From assembly GCF_902713615.1 (NCBI RefSeq), contig NW_024055475.1, positions 124,001 through 188,000 on the forward strand: a stretch of DNA of 64,000 nucleotides, given 5' to 3'. The translations under genes were made by a program, and so were the position numbers. Below the pieces are notes generated by a model. It did no database searches, had not been told where the DNA came from, and worked only from the letters and a program-made list of their open reading frames with translations. The DNA comes from Scyliorhinus canicula. Lineage: Eukaryota. This document shows positions 47,424-60,960 of this stretch, piece by piece (positions within the stretch are counted from its first letter, which is position 1; every line of letters begins with the position of its first letter).

Positions 47424-48743
47424 ACAAAGAACAAAGAAAATTACAGCACAGGAACAGGCCCTTCGGCCCTCCCAGCCTGCGCCGATCCAGATCCTTTATC
47501 TAAACCTGTCGCCTATTTCCCACGGATCTACTTCCCTCCGTTCCCCGCCCGTTCATATACCTGTCTAGATGCATCTTAAATGATGCTAAAGTGCCCGCCT
47601 CGACCACCTCCGCTGGCAAAGCATTCCAGGCACCCTCTGCGTAAAAAAGTTCCACGCACATCTCCCTTAAACTTTCCCCCTCTCACCTTGAAATCGTGAC
47701 CCCTTGTAATTGACACCCCCACTTTTGGAAAAAGCTTGTTGCTATCCACCCTGTCCATACCTCTCATAATTTTGTAGACCTCAATCAGGTCCCCCCTCAA
47801 CCTCCGTCTTTCCAACGAAAACAATCCTAATCTACTCAACCTATCTTCATAGCTTGCACCCTCCATACCAAGCAACATTCCGGTGAACCTCCTCTGCACC
47901 CTCTCTAAAGCATCCACACCCTTCTGGTAATGTGGCGACCAGAACTGCACGCAGTATTCCAAACGTGGCCTCACCAAAGTCCTATACAACTGTAACATGA
48001 CCTGCCGACTCTTGTACTCAATACCCCATCGGATGAAGGCAAGCATGCTGTATGCCTTCTTGACCACTCTATCGACCTGCGTTGCCATCTTCAGGGTACA
48101 ATGGACCTGAACTCCCAGATCTCTCTGTACATCAATTTTCCCCAGGACTCTTCCATTTACCATATAGTCCGCTCTTGAATTAGATGTTCCAAAATGCATC
48201 ACCTCGCATTTTCCTGGATTGAACTCGATCTGCCATTTCTCTGCCCAACTCTCCAATCTATCAATATTTTGCTGTATTCTCTGACAGTCCTCCTCGCTAT
48301 CTGCAACTCCACCAATCTTAGTATCATCTGCAAACATGCTCATCAGACCACCTATACCTTCGCCCAGGTGTGTATCAAAAACAACAGTGGTCTGAGCACG
48401 GATCCCTGTGGAACACCACTAGTCACCTTTCTCCATTTTGAGACACTCCCTTCCAACGCTACTCTCTGTCTCCTGTTGCCCAGCCAGTTCTTTATCCATC
48501 TAGCTAGTACACCCTGAACCGCATACTTCACTTTTTCCATCAACCTGCCATGGGAAACTTTATCAAACGCCTTACTGAAGTCCCTGTATATGACATCTAC
48601 AGCCCTTCCCTCATTAATTAACTTTGTCACTTCCTCAAAGAATTCTATTAGGTTTGTAAGACATGGCCTTCCCTGCACAAAACCATGCTGCCTGTCACTG
48701 ATAAGTCTATTTTCTTCCAAATGTGAATAGATCCTATCCTTCA
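47424..48743 (-). mobile_element. CR1 LINE, 5'-truncated RT
   Basis: QHGFVQGRPCLTNLIEFF, FADDTKIGG, LVRPRLEYCVQFWSP. Confidence 0.9.
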
Positions 48744-49807
48744 GGGGTACAGGGTGTAGGTTAACCTAAATTGAGATTGAAATGAAATGAAATGAAAATC
48801 GCTTATTATCACGAGTAGGCTTCAATGAAGTTACTGTGAAAAGCCCCTAGTCGCCACATTCCTGCGCCTGTCTGGGGAGGCTGGCACGGGAATCGAACCG
48901 TGCTGCTGGCCTGCTTGGTCTGCTTCAAAAGCCAGCGATTTAGCCCAGTGAGCTAAACCAGCCCCTGGATCCCGTGCAGTGATTACTGATACAGGGTCTA
49001 GATTAACATAAACCGAGACAGGTTCTAGTGCAGCGATTGCCGATACAAAGTTTCATTAACTTAAATGAGATAGGATCTAAAGCAGTGATTACTCATACAG
49101 TATCTAGAATATTATAAACTGAGGCAGGGTCAATTGCAGTCATTCCTGGTCAAGGTCTGGATTAATATACGTGTACAGAGTTATTAGGCCAGATGATTAA
49201 AAATGTGGTTGATGAGGCCGGTTATGGGATGATTTTAATAAGGGAATTGAGGTAACGAGGTGTAGGGAATGAATACCAGAGCTGAGGACCGAGACATATG
49301 AAGATATCGCAAAATCAACCAAATAATTCTGAAGATAGCAATACGCCTTGATCGATTGGAGTTGCAAAAATTAAGAAAAATGTTTCACATGCATACCTAC
49401 ACAAACGGCCAATACGCTTTTGCAGCGATTTTAGTTGCTCTTCTTAACCAGATGAGTGTTTTATGATTGGGTGGACATTTCTCCTATGGGTGCCCACCAT
49501 TACCATCGTGGCGATACTGTGAGAACACGGTTCTGTCTAACTCTGCCAGTGCATCAGGTGATCGGTAAATATAAATCGAGGCAGGAAAACAATGATCATC
49601 ATGAAAAAAAACTTTCCAATCGATAGAGTATAACACAAGAGTAAATTCATCATTTTGAACAAAACAGAGATTTCCACGAAATTTTGGGAATTGCAGTGCA
49701 CCGGTGTTCACATGTAGACCTGTCTCACAAGATCAATTCATTACTGGGATGTTGGTAAAATATTCAACTCAATATTGCCCACATGATAGCAAATATTGAC
49801 TGGAAAA

Positions 49808-52197
49808 GATATAGTTCGAGTACATTGGATGGGTCGTTCTTTGTACAATGTGTGCAGGAGGGTTATCTGACACAATATGTTGACAGGCCAACAAAAGGTG
49901 AGGCCACTTTGGATTTGATTTTGGGTAATGAACCAGGCCAGGTGTTAGATCTGGAGGTAGGTGAACACTTTGGAGACAGTGACCACAATTCGGTGACCTT
50001 TACATTAGTGATGGAAAGGGATAAGTATACCCCACAGGGCAAGAGTTATAGCTGGGGGAAGGGCAATTATGATGCCATTAGACATGACTTAGGATGTGTA
50101 GGTTGGAGAAGTAGGGTGCAAGGGTTGGGCACACTGCATATGTGGAGCTTGTTCAAGGAACAGCTATTGCGTGTTCTTGATCAGTACGTACCAGTCAGAC
50201 AGGGAGGAAAGGGTAGAGCGAGGGAACCGTGGTTTACCAAAGAAGTGGAATCTCTTGTTAAGAGGAAAAAGGAAGCCTATGTGAAGATGAGGCGTGAAGT
50301 TTCAGTTGGGGCGCTTGATAGTTACAGGGAAGCGAGGAAGGATCTAAAGAGAGAGCTAAGACGAGCAAGGAGGGGACATGAGAAGTCTTTGGCAGGTAGG
50401 ATCAAGGAAAACCCAAAAGCTTTCTATAGGTATGTCAGGAATAAAAGAATGACTAGGGGAAGAGTAGGGCCAGTCAAGGACAGTGGTGGGAAGTTGTGTG
50501 TGGAGGCTGAGGAGATAAGCGAGATACTAAATGAATACTTTTCGTCAGTATTCACTCAGGAGAAGATAATATTGTGGAGGAGAATGCTGAGACCCAGGCT
50601 ATTAGAATAGATGGCATTGAGGTGCGTAGGGAAGAAGTGTTGGCAATTCTGGACAAGGTGAAAATAGATAAGTCCCCGGGGCCTGGTGGGATTTATCCTA
50701 GGATTCTCTGGGAAGCCAGCGAAGAGATTGCTGAGCCCTTGGCTTTGATTTTTAGGTCATCATTGGCTACAGGAATAGTGCCAGAGGACTGGAGGATAGC
50801 AAATGTGGTCCCTTTGTTCAAGAAGGGGAGTAGAGATAACCCCGGTAACTATAGGCCAGTGAGCCTAACGTCTGTGTTGGGTAAAGTCTTGGAGAGGATT
50901 ATAAAAGATACGATTTATAATCATCTAGATAGGAATAATATGATTAGGGATAGTCAGCATGGTTTTGTGAAGGGTAGGTCATGCCTCATAAACCTTATCC
51001 AGTTCTTTGAGAAGGTGACTGAACAGGTGGATGAGGGTAGAGCAGTTGATGTGGTGTATATGGATTTCAGTAAAGCGTTTGATAAGGTTCCCCACGGTCA
51101 GCTATTGCAGAAAATACGGAGGCTGGGGATTGAGGGTGATTTAGAGATGTGGATCAGAAATTTGCTAGTTGAAAGAAGACAGAGAGTGGTGGTTAATGGG
51201 AAATGTTCAGAATGGAGTTCAGTTATGACTGGCGTACCACAAGGATCTGTTCTGGGGCCGTTGCTGTTTGTCATTTTTATAAATGACCTAGAGGAGGGCG
51301 GAGAAGGATGGGTGAGTAAATTTGCAGACGACACTAAAGTCGGTGGAGTTGTAGACAGTGCGGAAGGATGTTGCAGGTTACAGAGGGACATAGATAAGCT
51401 GCAGAGCTGGGCTGAGAGGTGGCAAATGGAGTTTGATGTGGAGAAGTGTGCGGTGATTCACTTTGGAAAGAATAACAGGAATGAGGAATATTTGGCTAAT
51501 GGTAAAATTCTTGGTAGTGTGGATGAGCAGAGGGATCTCGGTGTCCATGTACATAGATCCCTGAAAGTTGCCACCCAGGTTGATAGGGTTATGAAGAAGG
51601 CCTATGGTGTGTTGGCCTTTATTGGTAGAGGGATTGAGTTCCGGAGCCATGAGGTCATGTTGCAGTTGTACAAAACTCTAGTACGGCCGCATTTGGAGTA
51701 TTGCGTACAGTTCTGGTCGCCTCATTATAGGAAGGACGTGGAAGCTTTGGAACGGGTGCAGAGGAGATTTACAAGGATGTTGCCTGGTATGGCTGATGGA
51801 CTTGAGGTTGTTTTCGTTAGAGAGAAGAAGGTTAAGAGGTGACTTAATAGAGGCATACAAAATGATCAGAGGGTTAGATTGGGTGGACAGCGAGAGCCTT
51901 CTCCCGCGGATGGAGGTGGCTAGCACGAGGGGACATAGCCTTAAATTGAGGGGTAATAGGTATATGACAGAGGTCAGAGGTGGGTTTTTTACGCAAAGAG
52001 TGGTGAGGCCGTGGAATGCCCTACCTGCAACAGTAGTGAACTCGCCAACATTGGGGGCATTTAAAAGTTTACTGGATAAGCACATGGATGATAAGGGCAT
52101 AGTGTAGGTTAGATGGCCTTTAGTTTTTTCCATGTTGGTGCAACATCAAGGGCCGAAGGGCCTGTACTGCGCTGTATAGTTCTATGTTCTATGTTCT
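49808..52197 (+). mobile_element. CR1 LINE, 5'-truncated ORF2 with frameshifts
   Basis: ORFs 49783..50610, 50574..51842 and 51796..52107 carry CR1 RT motifs; tail (TTCTATG)n. Confidence 0.92.
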
Positions 52198-53394
52198 AAG
52201 TGCACCTTATCTAAAAGGTGGTTCACATCCGGCTTCTCAGGATGGACAGTTAATGCTGACTTTGCCAGTGAGGGCTATATTCCGAGAATGAATGTTAAAA
52301 ACTGTGCAAAGTGCTGCAGATTCCGGAAATGTAAAACAAAAACAAAACAAAAGGCTGCTCAGCAGGTCAGTGAGCAGAGAGAGGAACAGATTCACATTTC
52401 AGGCATAATTGTAAAGAGTAGAGCAGCTTTTCCCAGTATCTTGGACCAACATCCGTTCTTGAACTAAAATCACAGATTAGCTGGTCACTTATCACATCTC
52501 AGTTTGTGGGAGCTTGCTGTGCGCAAATTCTCCGCTCTGTTTCCGACATTACAGCAGTGACTAAATTCAACTAAAATACATCAGTGAGTTTTAAGGGCGT
52601 TGGGGTGACCTGAAGTCGGGTAAAGCGTTTTACAAAAGCAAGCTCTTTTCAAACGTTTACATTTTAAAATGCAGGTTGCAATATGTTGAAAGATCTGAGA
52701 TTAACGTGACTATGGGTCACTCCTCTGCCAGATGTTTTAATTTATCTCCTTTAAATCGGTTAATGTTTCAATTAAATTAATATTCAGTGGAATAACAGCC
52801 TGGTTAAAGATGATTTATTAATTGAGGCATCAGAACTTTCAGAATTAATACTTAATTTAAATTTATTTTTTCATTTCAATTAAGTAACACCTGTTCTAAT
52901 GGATGTTTCTATACGTTTCAACCAACTGTCAATATTCTTAAAATAAACCGCTATTTTAAGTTGAATCTAATCAATAAATGACTGTTTATCTCGTTTTGTT
53001 GATGCAAACACTTCATTGTAACCAGTGAGGCGTTTATGTAAATAAACACAGAAATAGCAGTCTCAGATTAGATTATACACTGACAAAAGCACAGCAACTA
53101 TTTCCCCACCGACACAGCACATAAATAGAGGCAAACACGCAAATAGATCAACGGATTCCAGTAATGATTGTTTTTGACATTTGATTCTTCATCAGTTATA
53201 TGAGAAAAAGGTCATCATGATATCCATGTTCAGAATTAGGAAAGATTCCCTCTAATCTCGAAATATAGTTACATGCAAAATATGTTCATAAAGTTTTCCA
53301 GTTCTCCTGCATCTGATACCTGTCCCTTTTTCCTAACTGGTTCTGTCTCATGTCTCTCCACAATGGGTCATTGCCTTTAATCGACAACATGACA

Positions 53395-53675
53395 ATCGAC
53401 AACTGCGTGGAGTCTGCACATCCTCCCAGTGTGTGCGTGGGTTTCCTCCGGGTGCTCCGGTTTCCTCCCACAGTCCAAAGGTGTGCGGGTTAGGTGGATT
53501 GGCCATGCTAAATTGCCCATAGTGTCCTAAAAAGTAAGGTTAAGGGGGGGGGGGGGTTGTTGGGTTACGGGTATAGGGTGGATTCGTGGGTTTGAGTAGG
53601 GTGATCATTGCTCGGCACAACATCGAGGGCCGAAGGGCCTGTTCTGTGCTGTACCTTTCTATGTTCTATGTTCTA
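53395..53675 (+). mobile_element. HE1-like SINE, headless
   Basis: Body identical in type to the 12373 copy. Confidence 0.8.
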
Positions 53676-53870
53676 TGAAGTCAACATGTGCCGAATATAA
53701 TCTCTCAGCGCAATCTCACCCGGTAGGTAGCATTTCACAGCACAGAAAGAGTCTCCTCGGCCCATCGTTACTCTACCTGTCAGCAAATAAAAAAGAATCC
53801 GGCCTTGAAACACAGACCTTGCGATAAACAGCCAAACACGCTGACCAATTGCACCATGGAGACTGTGGCC

Positions 53871-54027
53871 ATGATGTGGAGATGCTGGCATTGGACTGGG
53901 GTGAACACAGTAAGAAGCCTTACAACACCAGGTTAAAGTCCAACAGGTTTGTTTCAAACACTAGCTCTCAGAGCAATGCTCCCACCTGAGGAGGGAGTTT
54001 AACCTGGTGTTGTAAGACTTCTTACTG
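53871..54027 (-). mobile_element. Penelope-derived palindromic element, partly deleted arm
   Basis: Same termini as the other copies; imperfect TSD CTGTGGCCA / CTGTGACCA. Confidence 0.8.
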
Positions 54028-54029
54028 TG

Positions 54030-54485
54030 ACCACAGAGACTGAAATGGGGAGAGCTTAAGTGGGTTAGGCCTACACGAATTGGAGTTTAGAAGAATCAGA
54101 GGCGAAGTTACTGAGATATATAGTATTCTCAGGGGGCTTGACAGTGTAGATGCTGGAGATTGTTCCCACTTTTGGGAGAGTTTAGGACCATAGGACACAA
54201 TCACAGAGTAAGGTGCCACTCATTTCAGACGAGGATGAAGAGGAATTTCTTCTCTCAGAGCATAGTGCCTCTATAGAATCATTTGCTGTAGAGAGTTCGC
54301 CTGGTCAATAAATATGTTCAAGGCTGAGACAGACAGATTTTTAATCAGTAAGCGAATCAAGGGTTATGGGGATAAAGTGAAAATGTGGAGTTGAGGATTT
54401 TACCAGATTTGCCACGATTTCATTGAATGGCGGATCATATTACATGAGCCGAATGGCCAAGTTCTGCTGCAAATCTTATGGTTTT
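54030..54485 (+). mobile_element. CR1 LINE 3' fragment
   Basis: LERRIRGEV.E.YSILRGLD..D and typical 3' UTR. Confidence 0.8.
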
Positions 54486-57400
54486 GTGGCAGCTGTAGAG
54501 ACTTTCTATTGAATGACTTAATCAATCAGCCAAAAATCGTCGCGTCATTTATAATACTTCCGAAGCAATCGAAATTTCGCAACGCCCAGCAGGTTCACCA
54601 GCGTCCTTCAGGAGAAGAAAGCTTCCTTCCTTACTCTGTCTGGCCTATAAGTGACTCTAGTTCAACAGTGATGTGGTTGACTATTAACTATCTTTAATAT
54701 TGCCGAGCAAGCAAGTCAGTTGAAGGGAAGCTGCTACTGAAAGTCAAATGTGAATAAAATCGCTCGAAGTGCACCTTATCAAAAAGGTAGTTCACATCCG
54801 GCTTCTCAGGATGGACAGTTAATGATGGCTATATGGCGAGAATGAATATAAAACTGTGCAAAGTGCTGCAGATTCTGGAAATCTAAAAAAAAACAACAAA
54901 AAAGACTGAGGAGCAGGACAGTGGGCATCAGCAGAGAGAGAAACAGATTCACAGTTCAAGTGGATTACCTCACTGATATAATTCTAAAGGGCAGAGCTGC
55001 TTTTCCCAGTATCTTGGACCAATATCCATTCTTCATCTAAAATCACAAATTAGCTGGTCACTTATCACATCTCAGTTTGTGGGAGCTTGCTGTGCACAAA
55101 TTCCCTGCTCCGTTTCCGACATTACAGTGGTGACTAAATTCAGCAAAAATATATCAGTGAGTTTTAAGGGCGTTGGGATGACCTGAGGTCGGGTAAAGTG
55201 TTTTACAAAAGCAAGCTCTTTCCAAACGTTAACATTTTAAAATGCAAGTTGTAATATGTCGACTGATCAGAGATTAATGTGACTATAGATCACTCTTCTG
55301 CCTGATGTTTTAATCTATCTACTTTAAATCGGTTAATATTTCAATCAAATTAACATTCAGTGGAAAAGTAGCCGGTTAAAGATGCATTATTAATTGAGGC
55401 ATCAGAACTTTCAGAATGAATACTTAATTTAAAGTATTTTTTTATTTCAATTAAGTAACATCTGTTCTAATGGAAGTTTCTATTCATTTTAACCAACTGT
55501 CAATATTCCTAAAATAAACCGTTATTTTGAGGTAAAACTGATCAATATGTGAATGTGTTTATCTCGTTTTGCTGACATGAACATTTCATTGTGACCAGTG
55601 AAGTGTTTATGTAAATAAACACAGAAATAGAAGTTCCAGATCAGATTGCGGACTGAGAAAAGAGAAACAAACGTTTCCCCACCAACACAGCACAGAAATA
55701 GAGCCAAAGATGGAAATAGATCAACGGATTCCAGTAGTGTTTATTTTTCGACATTTTTTTATGAATCAGTTATATGAGAAAAATGTCATTATGATATCCA
55801 TGTTCATAATTAGGAAAGATCCCCTCTAATCTCTAAATATAAGAGCATGCAAGTGTGATCGTAGAATTTTCCTGTATCCTATCTCTCTCTATGTCTTTCT
55901 CATATCTGGTTCTATCTCATGTCTCTCCACGAAGGGTCATTGTCTTTAATCGACATGTGGCAACAATAATAACAATTTTACTGTGAAAAGCCCCATGTCG
56001 TCACATTCTGGCGCCTGTTCCGGTAAGCTGGAACGGGAATTGAACGCGCGCTGCTGGTCTTGTTCTGCATCACAAACCAGCTGTCTAGCCCACTGAGCTA
56101 AACCAGCCCTCTCAGCGTGAACTCACCCCGTTGACTTCCAACTAAATGCACCGAATCCAATGTATTGGAATCCGGCGAGGGAGTTCTATGCTAAAATGAG
56201 GTTGGAGTATTCAATTATCTTGGGGTGTTTAATGAGAACTGTAGAGACAAGTTTCCTCTATATCTGATCTGGGCTGCACGTGGTGGTTGAGGATTTGATG
56301 TGGCAGGGCAGAAGAATCTTTCCTTGCACTTTATCCAGCTGCCGAGACCTTGGAGCATTTGACTGAAGAGTGTAGAGCAAGTTTACTTGCATGTAACGTG
56401 CACTGAACCTGCCCTGTGAGTGTTTGATCTCACTGTGCTTAGGGAGATTTACTCCGTATCTGAACAGTGCTGTACCTGACCTGGGTGAGTTTGATGGGAA
56501 AATGCAGAGGTTTATTTACCCTGTAACTAACCCCACTGTCAACCTGTGTTGGAGATCTCTGAAGGAAGAGGGCAGAAGAGGTTTTACCTGATATAGAACC
56601 TTTGGTTTTTCGGCCTTTAATGTGTTTGAGCGAGTTATGTAGAGGGAATTTCATTCTATATCTAAACAATCTGCAGCTGCTCTGAGAATGTTTGATGGGG
56701 ACAGTGTCAGGGAGTTTCTCTTTGTCTCCAACCTGTGATGCCCCTGTCCTGCTAGTATTTGAAGGGACACTAGGCCCTGCCGTTGTTTTGTACCAGGCCG
56801 TGAGCCCGTCTCTGTTTATGTTATACTACCTTGTACCTTTGTCAGTTTATATTAAATAAGAGCGTATTTATCTTTGTTCATATTAAACTAGGCCACCAAT
56901 TAGAGGACATGTCTTGATCAACGAGGCATTCAGGAGTTATTGGGAGAAGGCAGGAGAATGGGGATTAAGAACATATTGGCCATGATTTAATGGCGGAGCA
57001 GTCGCGATGTGTTGAATGGCCTAATTCCGCTCCTCCATGTTTTGGACTTAGGGACCCTGTTTGTCTCTCTTTACATTAACCTAGAACCTGACTCCGTTTC
57101 TAGTAATTTAAACCTGTCTCTGTTTGTATTACATTAGATACAGCCTCAGTTCTGCGCTGGGCCATGTCTCTTCATATTACCCGGCCTCAGTAATTGCTGC
57201 GGTAGACCATGCACAGTAATTTGGAAAATGGCTGAGGTGGAAATTGTGAAGATTAAAAAAAACTGAGGGAACAGTGATAGTCTAAAATTCTTTAGAGAGC
57301 AATGTTGATCTATGTCCAGATAAACGTCATCGTCTGTCTTGTCAGCACCCTAGATGTGTGTACGTACAACCACAGATCTCTCTGATCTTCTTGCAGCCAC

Positions 57401-57989
57401 TTCAAATTGTACAGCTGAACTTCTATTGCCTGGGCCTAATGTAATAAACTAAGGGAATGGAATAGTTGTAATTGTGTAACATAAACAAAGGACAATTAAA
57501 TAATTAACTGAGACAGAAGCTGATGTTACAGCAACTTCATTCTCTTCACAGCAGGCACACAGTAGCTGCATTGTGTAACATCGACGGGATGCACTGCAGC
57601 AACTCGCCAAGATTTCTTCAACAGCACCTTCCATACCCGAGAATCACAAGGGCAACAATCACATGGGAACACAATACTCTGCATCCTCCTACACATACAA
57701 CTCTCTGGGGTAGGAATTGGTCTTGGGCACCAGCAAAGAGGAAATTATATCTTAAATTTAATTCTGCTGACTGCATTGAAAATGTATATCAAATGTTGCA
57801 TAGCATACACTGTATACACTATACATCCGTTGCTACCATATACTGATTTATCGTCCAAAATATGTATTATTATATTAGCTTTCCATCTCAAAGACATCTG
57901 CAATAATGCGCCCACAGTAAAAAGCAGAGGTACCATTCAGTGCATTAATAAAAATGCGCAGGTCTCGGAAAAAGTAGGCTAGAATCAGG

Positions 57990-59485
57990 ATCAAATACAG
58001 AATCCCTACAAGGCAGAAGGCCACTCGGCCCATTGCATCTGCACCAACCTCTGAAATATCACCCTCCTCAATCCCCCGCCCTTGCACCATGACCTATGCA
58101 TCCTTGGACACCGAGGGGCAATTTTGAATGGCCAATCCACCTAACCTGTACGTATTCGGACTATGGGAGGAAACCGGAGCACCTGGAGGAAAGCCACTCA
58201 GACACAGGGATTTAGTGGTGGATTTAGTCCCACCAGTAAATATCCATAATGCACTGCGGACAACAAAGATGACATTTTTTGAGCTATTTTTCTTGACTGC
58301 TGCAAGTGTTCCTTGTTTCACAGACACACAACAAGATTCATAGAATCATAGAATTTACAGTGCAAAAGGAAGCCATTCGGCCCATCAAGAGAGCATCCTA
58401 CCTAACCCGTACCTCCACCCTATCCCCACATCTCCACCCTATCTCCGTAACCCCATCTGACCTTTTTTGGATACTAATAGCCATTTAGCATAGCCAATCC
58501 ACCTGTCCAGCACATCTTTGGACTGTGGTAGGAAACCGGAGCAGCTGGAGGAACCCACGCAGATACGGGGAGAATGTGCAGACTCCGCACAAACAGTGAC
58601 CCAATGTGGAAATCGAACCGGGGACCCTGAAGCTGTGAAGCAACTGTGCTAACCATTGTACGACCTTGTTGACCTAAGGTTCTGAGAGTTTAGGCCTTAT
58701 AAACCATCAGCTCGTTCCAAAGCTTGATGTTATTCCATGGACATTTTTCTGAGTCAAACAAAGGTAGTACCTGCTTTCCCTATGTCAGCATCAAGTTCTA
58801 CATCAAGGCAATCTTTCAACATTAAAACTTGGGAGCAGAATCTGCTCACTGGCTCTTAATTAGTGTGGCCATTGACGAAAGTGCAACACCTTGTCCCAAG
58901 ACCACTGTTTTCCTCATGCTTGTGGTCAGAGTCCATGAGTCTCTGCAGATGATGCTTTGTATGGATGATCCAATTTTCAACGTAGAGGAATTCTCTGATG
59001 AGGATGTATTGTGATTATGGCTCAGTTTTCATGACTGAGAGGTTGCAGAGGTTGCAGCCTGACCGAGTGTGCTAGTGGATTTCATCCTTATCTTCAGGGA
59101 AGGCGAGATCAGCAGCTTAGATCATAGAATTTACAGATCATAGAATTTACAGTGCAGAAGGAGGCCATTCAGCCCATCGAGTCTGCATCGGCTCTTGGAA
59201 AGAGCACCCTAACCAAGGTCAACACCTCCACCCTATCCCCATATCCCAGTAACCCTACCCGACACTAAGGGCAATTTTGGACACTAAGGGTAATTTATCA
59301 TGGCCAATCCACCTAACCTGCACATCTTTGGACTGTGGGAGGAAACCGGAGCACCCGGAGGAAACCCACGCACACACAGGGAGGATGTGCAGACTCCGCA
59401 CAGACAGTGACCCAAGCCGGAATCGAACCTGGGACCCTAGAGCTGTGAAGCGATTGTGCTATCCACAATGCTACCGTGCTGCCCT
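57990..59485 (-). mobile_element. Cluster of three HE1-like SINE copies (about 57990-58200, 58335-58665, 59120-59485)
   Basis: Reverse body and tail matches. Confidence 0.8.
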
Positions 59486-60109
59486 AGACCTTGAAGAGGA
59501 AGGTCCTGAATAGAGTTGGGTCAATGACACAGTCCTCTTTCACTCAACTATTCACTTAGAATCTGTCGGAAGTGGAATCATCAATCTGTGCAATACAGTG
59601 CATTCTGGCATGGAAGAAGTGAATGAGACAGGGGAGCTTTAGCAGACAGCCAATTATCCACAAATCTTATAGTCCCTCCTCTGCTGATGGTGTTGAATGT
59701 TTATTTTGATTGATGTAAGTAAGGTGAAGAGGCAGAGGGAGCAGATCATGTCCAGAGTAAATCTTGCGACACAAACACCACACCGTGCTTCCAGCTATAT
59801 TCGGTCTGCAAGCAGATGAAGTGTTTAAAGTGTGAAGCCAGCAAAGGCCTTTCCAGTGCTGCTATGAGTGAGATATGTCAATAGTTGCTGCAGTTTCCTC
59901 TGTCCACTTTGTTTTCAGATATTGGTTATGATTTTGCTTCATGAATCTCCTGTGGGATGGTTTATATCTTCCAGCAGATAAGAAGGTCACAAATGTTCAG
60001 AAACATAGTAATTATATTCATCAATCTTCATTCAATTGTGAATATAAATAATTAACTTCACCAATTATGTAGTTTCACAAAAATTGGTACAGTTTTAAAT
60101 TAAGTTATA

Positions 60110-60960
60110 TGGTGCGGGTGTCGCTAGCTAGGCCATGATTTATTGTCCATCACTAATTGTCTTTCACAAAGTGGTGGTGCCCTACCTATTTAAACCTCCA
60201 CAGTCACTCTGGTGTCGGTACACCGATGGTGCTGTTAGGGAGGGAGTTCTAGTCGTTTGAACTAGCGACAGCGAAAATTATGCGATATATTTCCAAGTCA
60301 GGATAGTGAGTGAGTTGGAGGGGAATTTCCAGGTGGTGACCTTCCCATGTGTCAGCTGCCTTTTCCTTCTAGAAGGTAATGTGCCACGGTTGAGAAGGCT
60401 TTTCAAATGAGGCTTGATGGGTTTCTGCGGTGCATCTTGCGGATGGGACATTATTGTCATTGTTCATCGGTAGTGGATGGAACCTTGCCTCGCACATCTC
60501 CTCTAAACTTTGCCCCACGGACCTTAAACCTATGCTCCCTGGTGACAGACCTCTCCACGCTGGAAATGCGTTCCTGCCCATCCATTCTATCCATGTCCCT
60601 CATAAGAGTGTTTGCACATAGGATGACAATCAAACGGGCTGCTTTGGCCTGGATGGTGTCAAGCTTTTTCAATGTTGTTGGAGCTGCACCCAGCCAGGCA
60701 ACTGGAGAGTATTCAATTACACTCCTGACTTGTGCCTTGTAGATGGTGAACAGGCTTTGGGAGTCAGGAGGTGAGTTGCTCGCCGCAGGCTTCTTAGACC
60801 CTGACCAGATCATGTCGCCTCAGCATTTATATGGTCATTCCAGGACAGCTTCTGGTCAATGGTAACCCCAGGGTATTGATAATGGAGTATTCAGCGATAG
60901 CAATATCACTGAATGTTAGGGAGAGTTTGTTAGATTCTATTTTGCTGAAGATGGTCATTC
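60110..60960 (-). mobile_element. Old non-LTR retrotransposon fragment with nested CR1 piece (60480-60600); related fragment at about 39750-40340
   Basis: IYKAQVRSVIEYSPVAW...LDTIQAKAARLI C-terminal RT-region motif. Confidence 0.7.

Larger units (their letters stand above)
52198..55960 (+). repeat. Direct duplication of about 1.19 kb unique sequence (52198-53390 vs 54768-55955)
   Basis: Colinear matches throughout, e.g. AAGTGCACCTTATC...TCAGGATGGACAGTTAATG and GGGTCATTG.CTTTAATCGACA. Confidence 0.9.
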
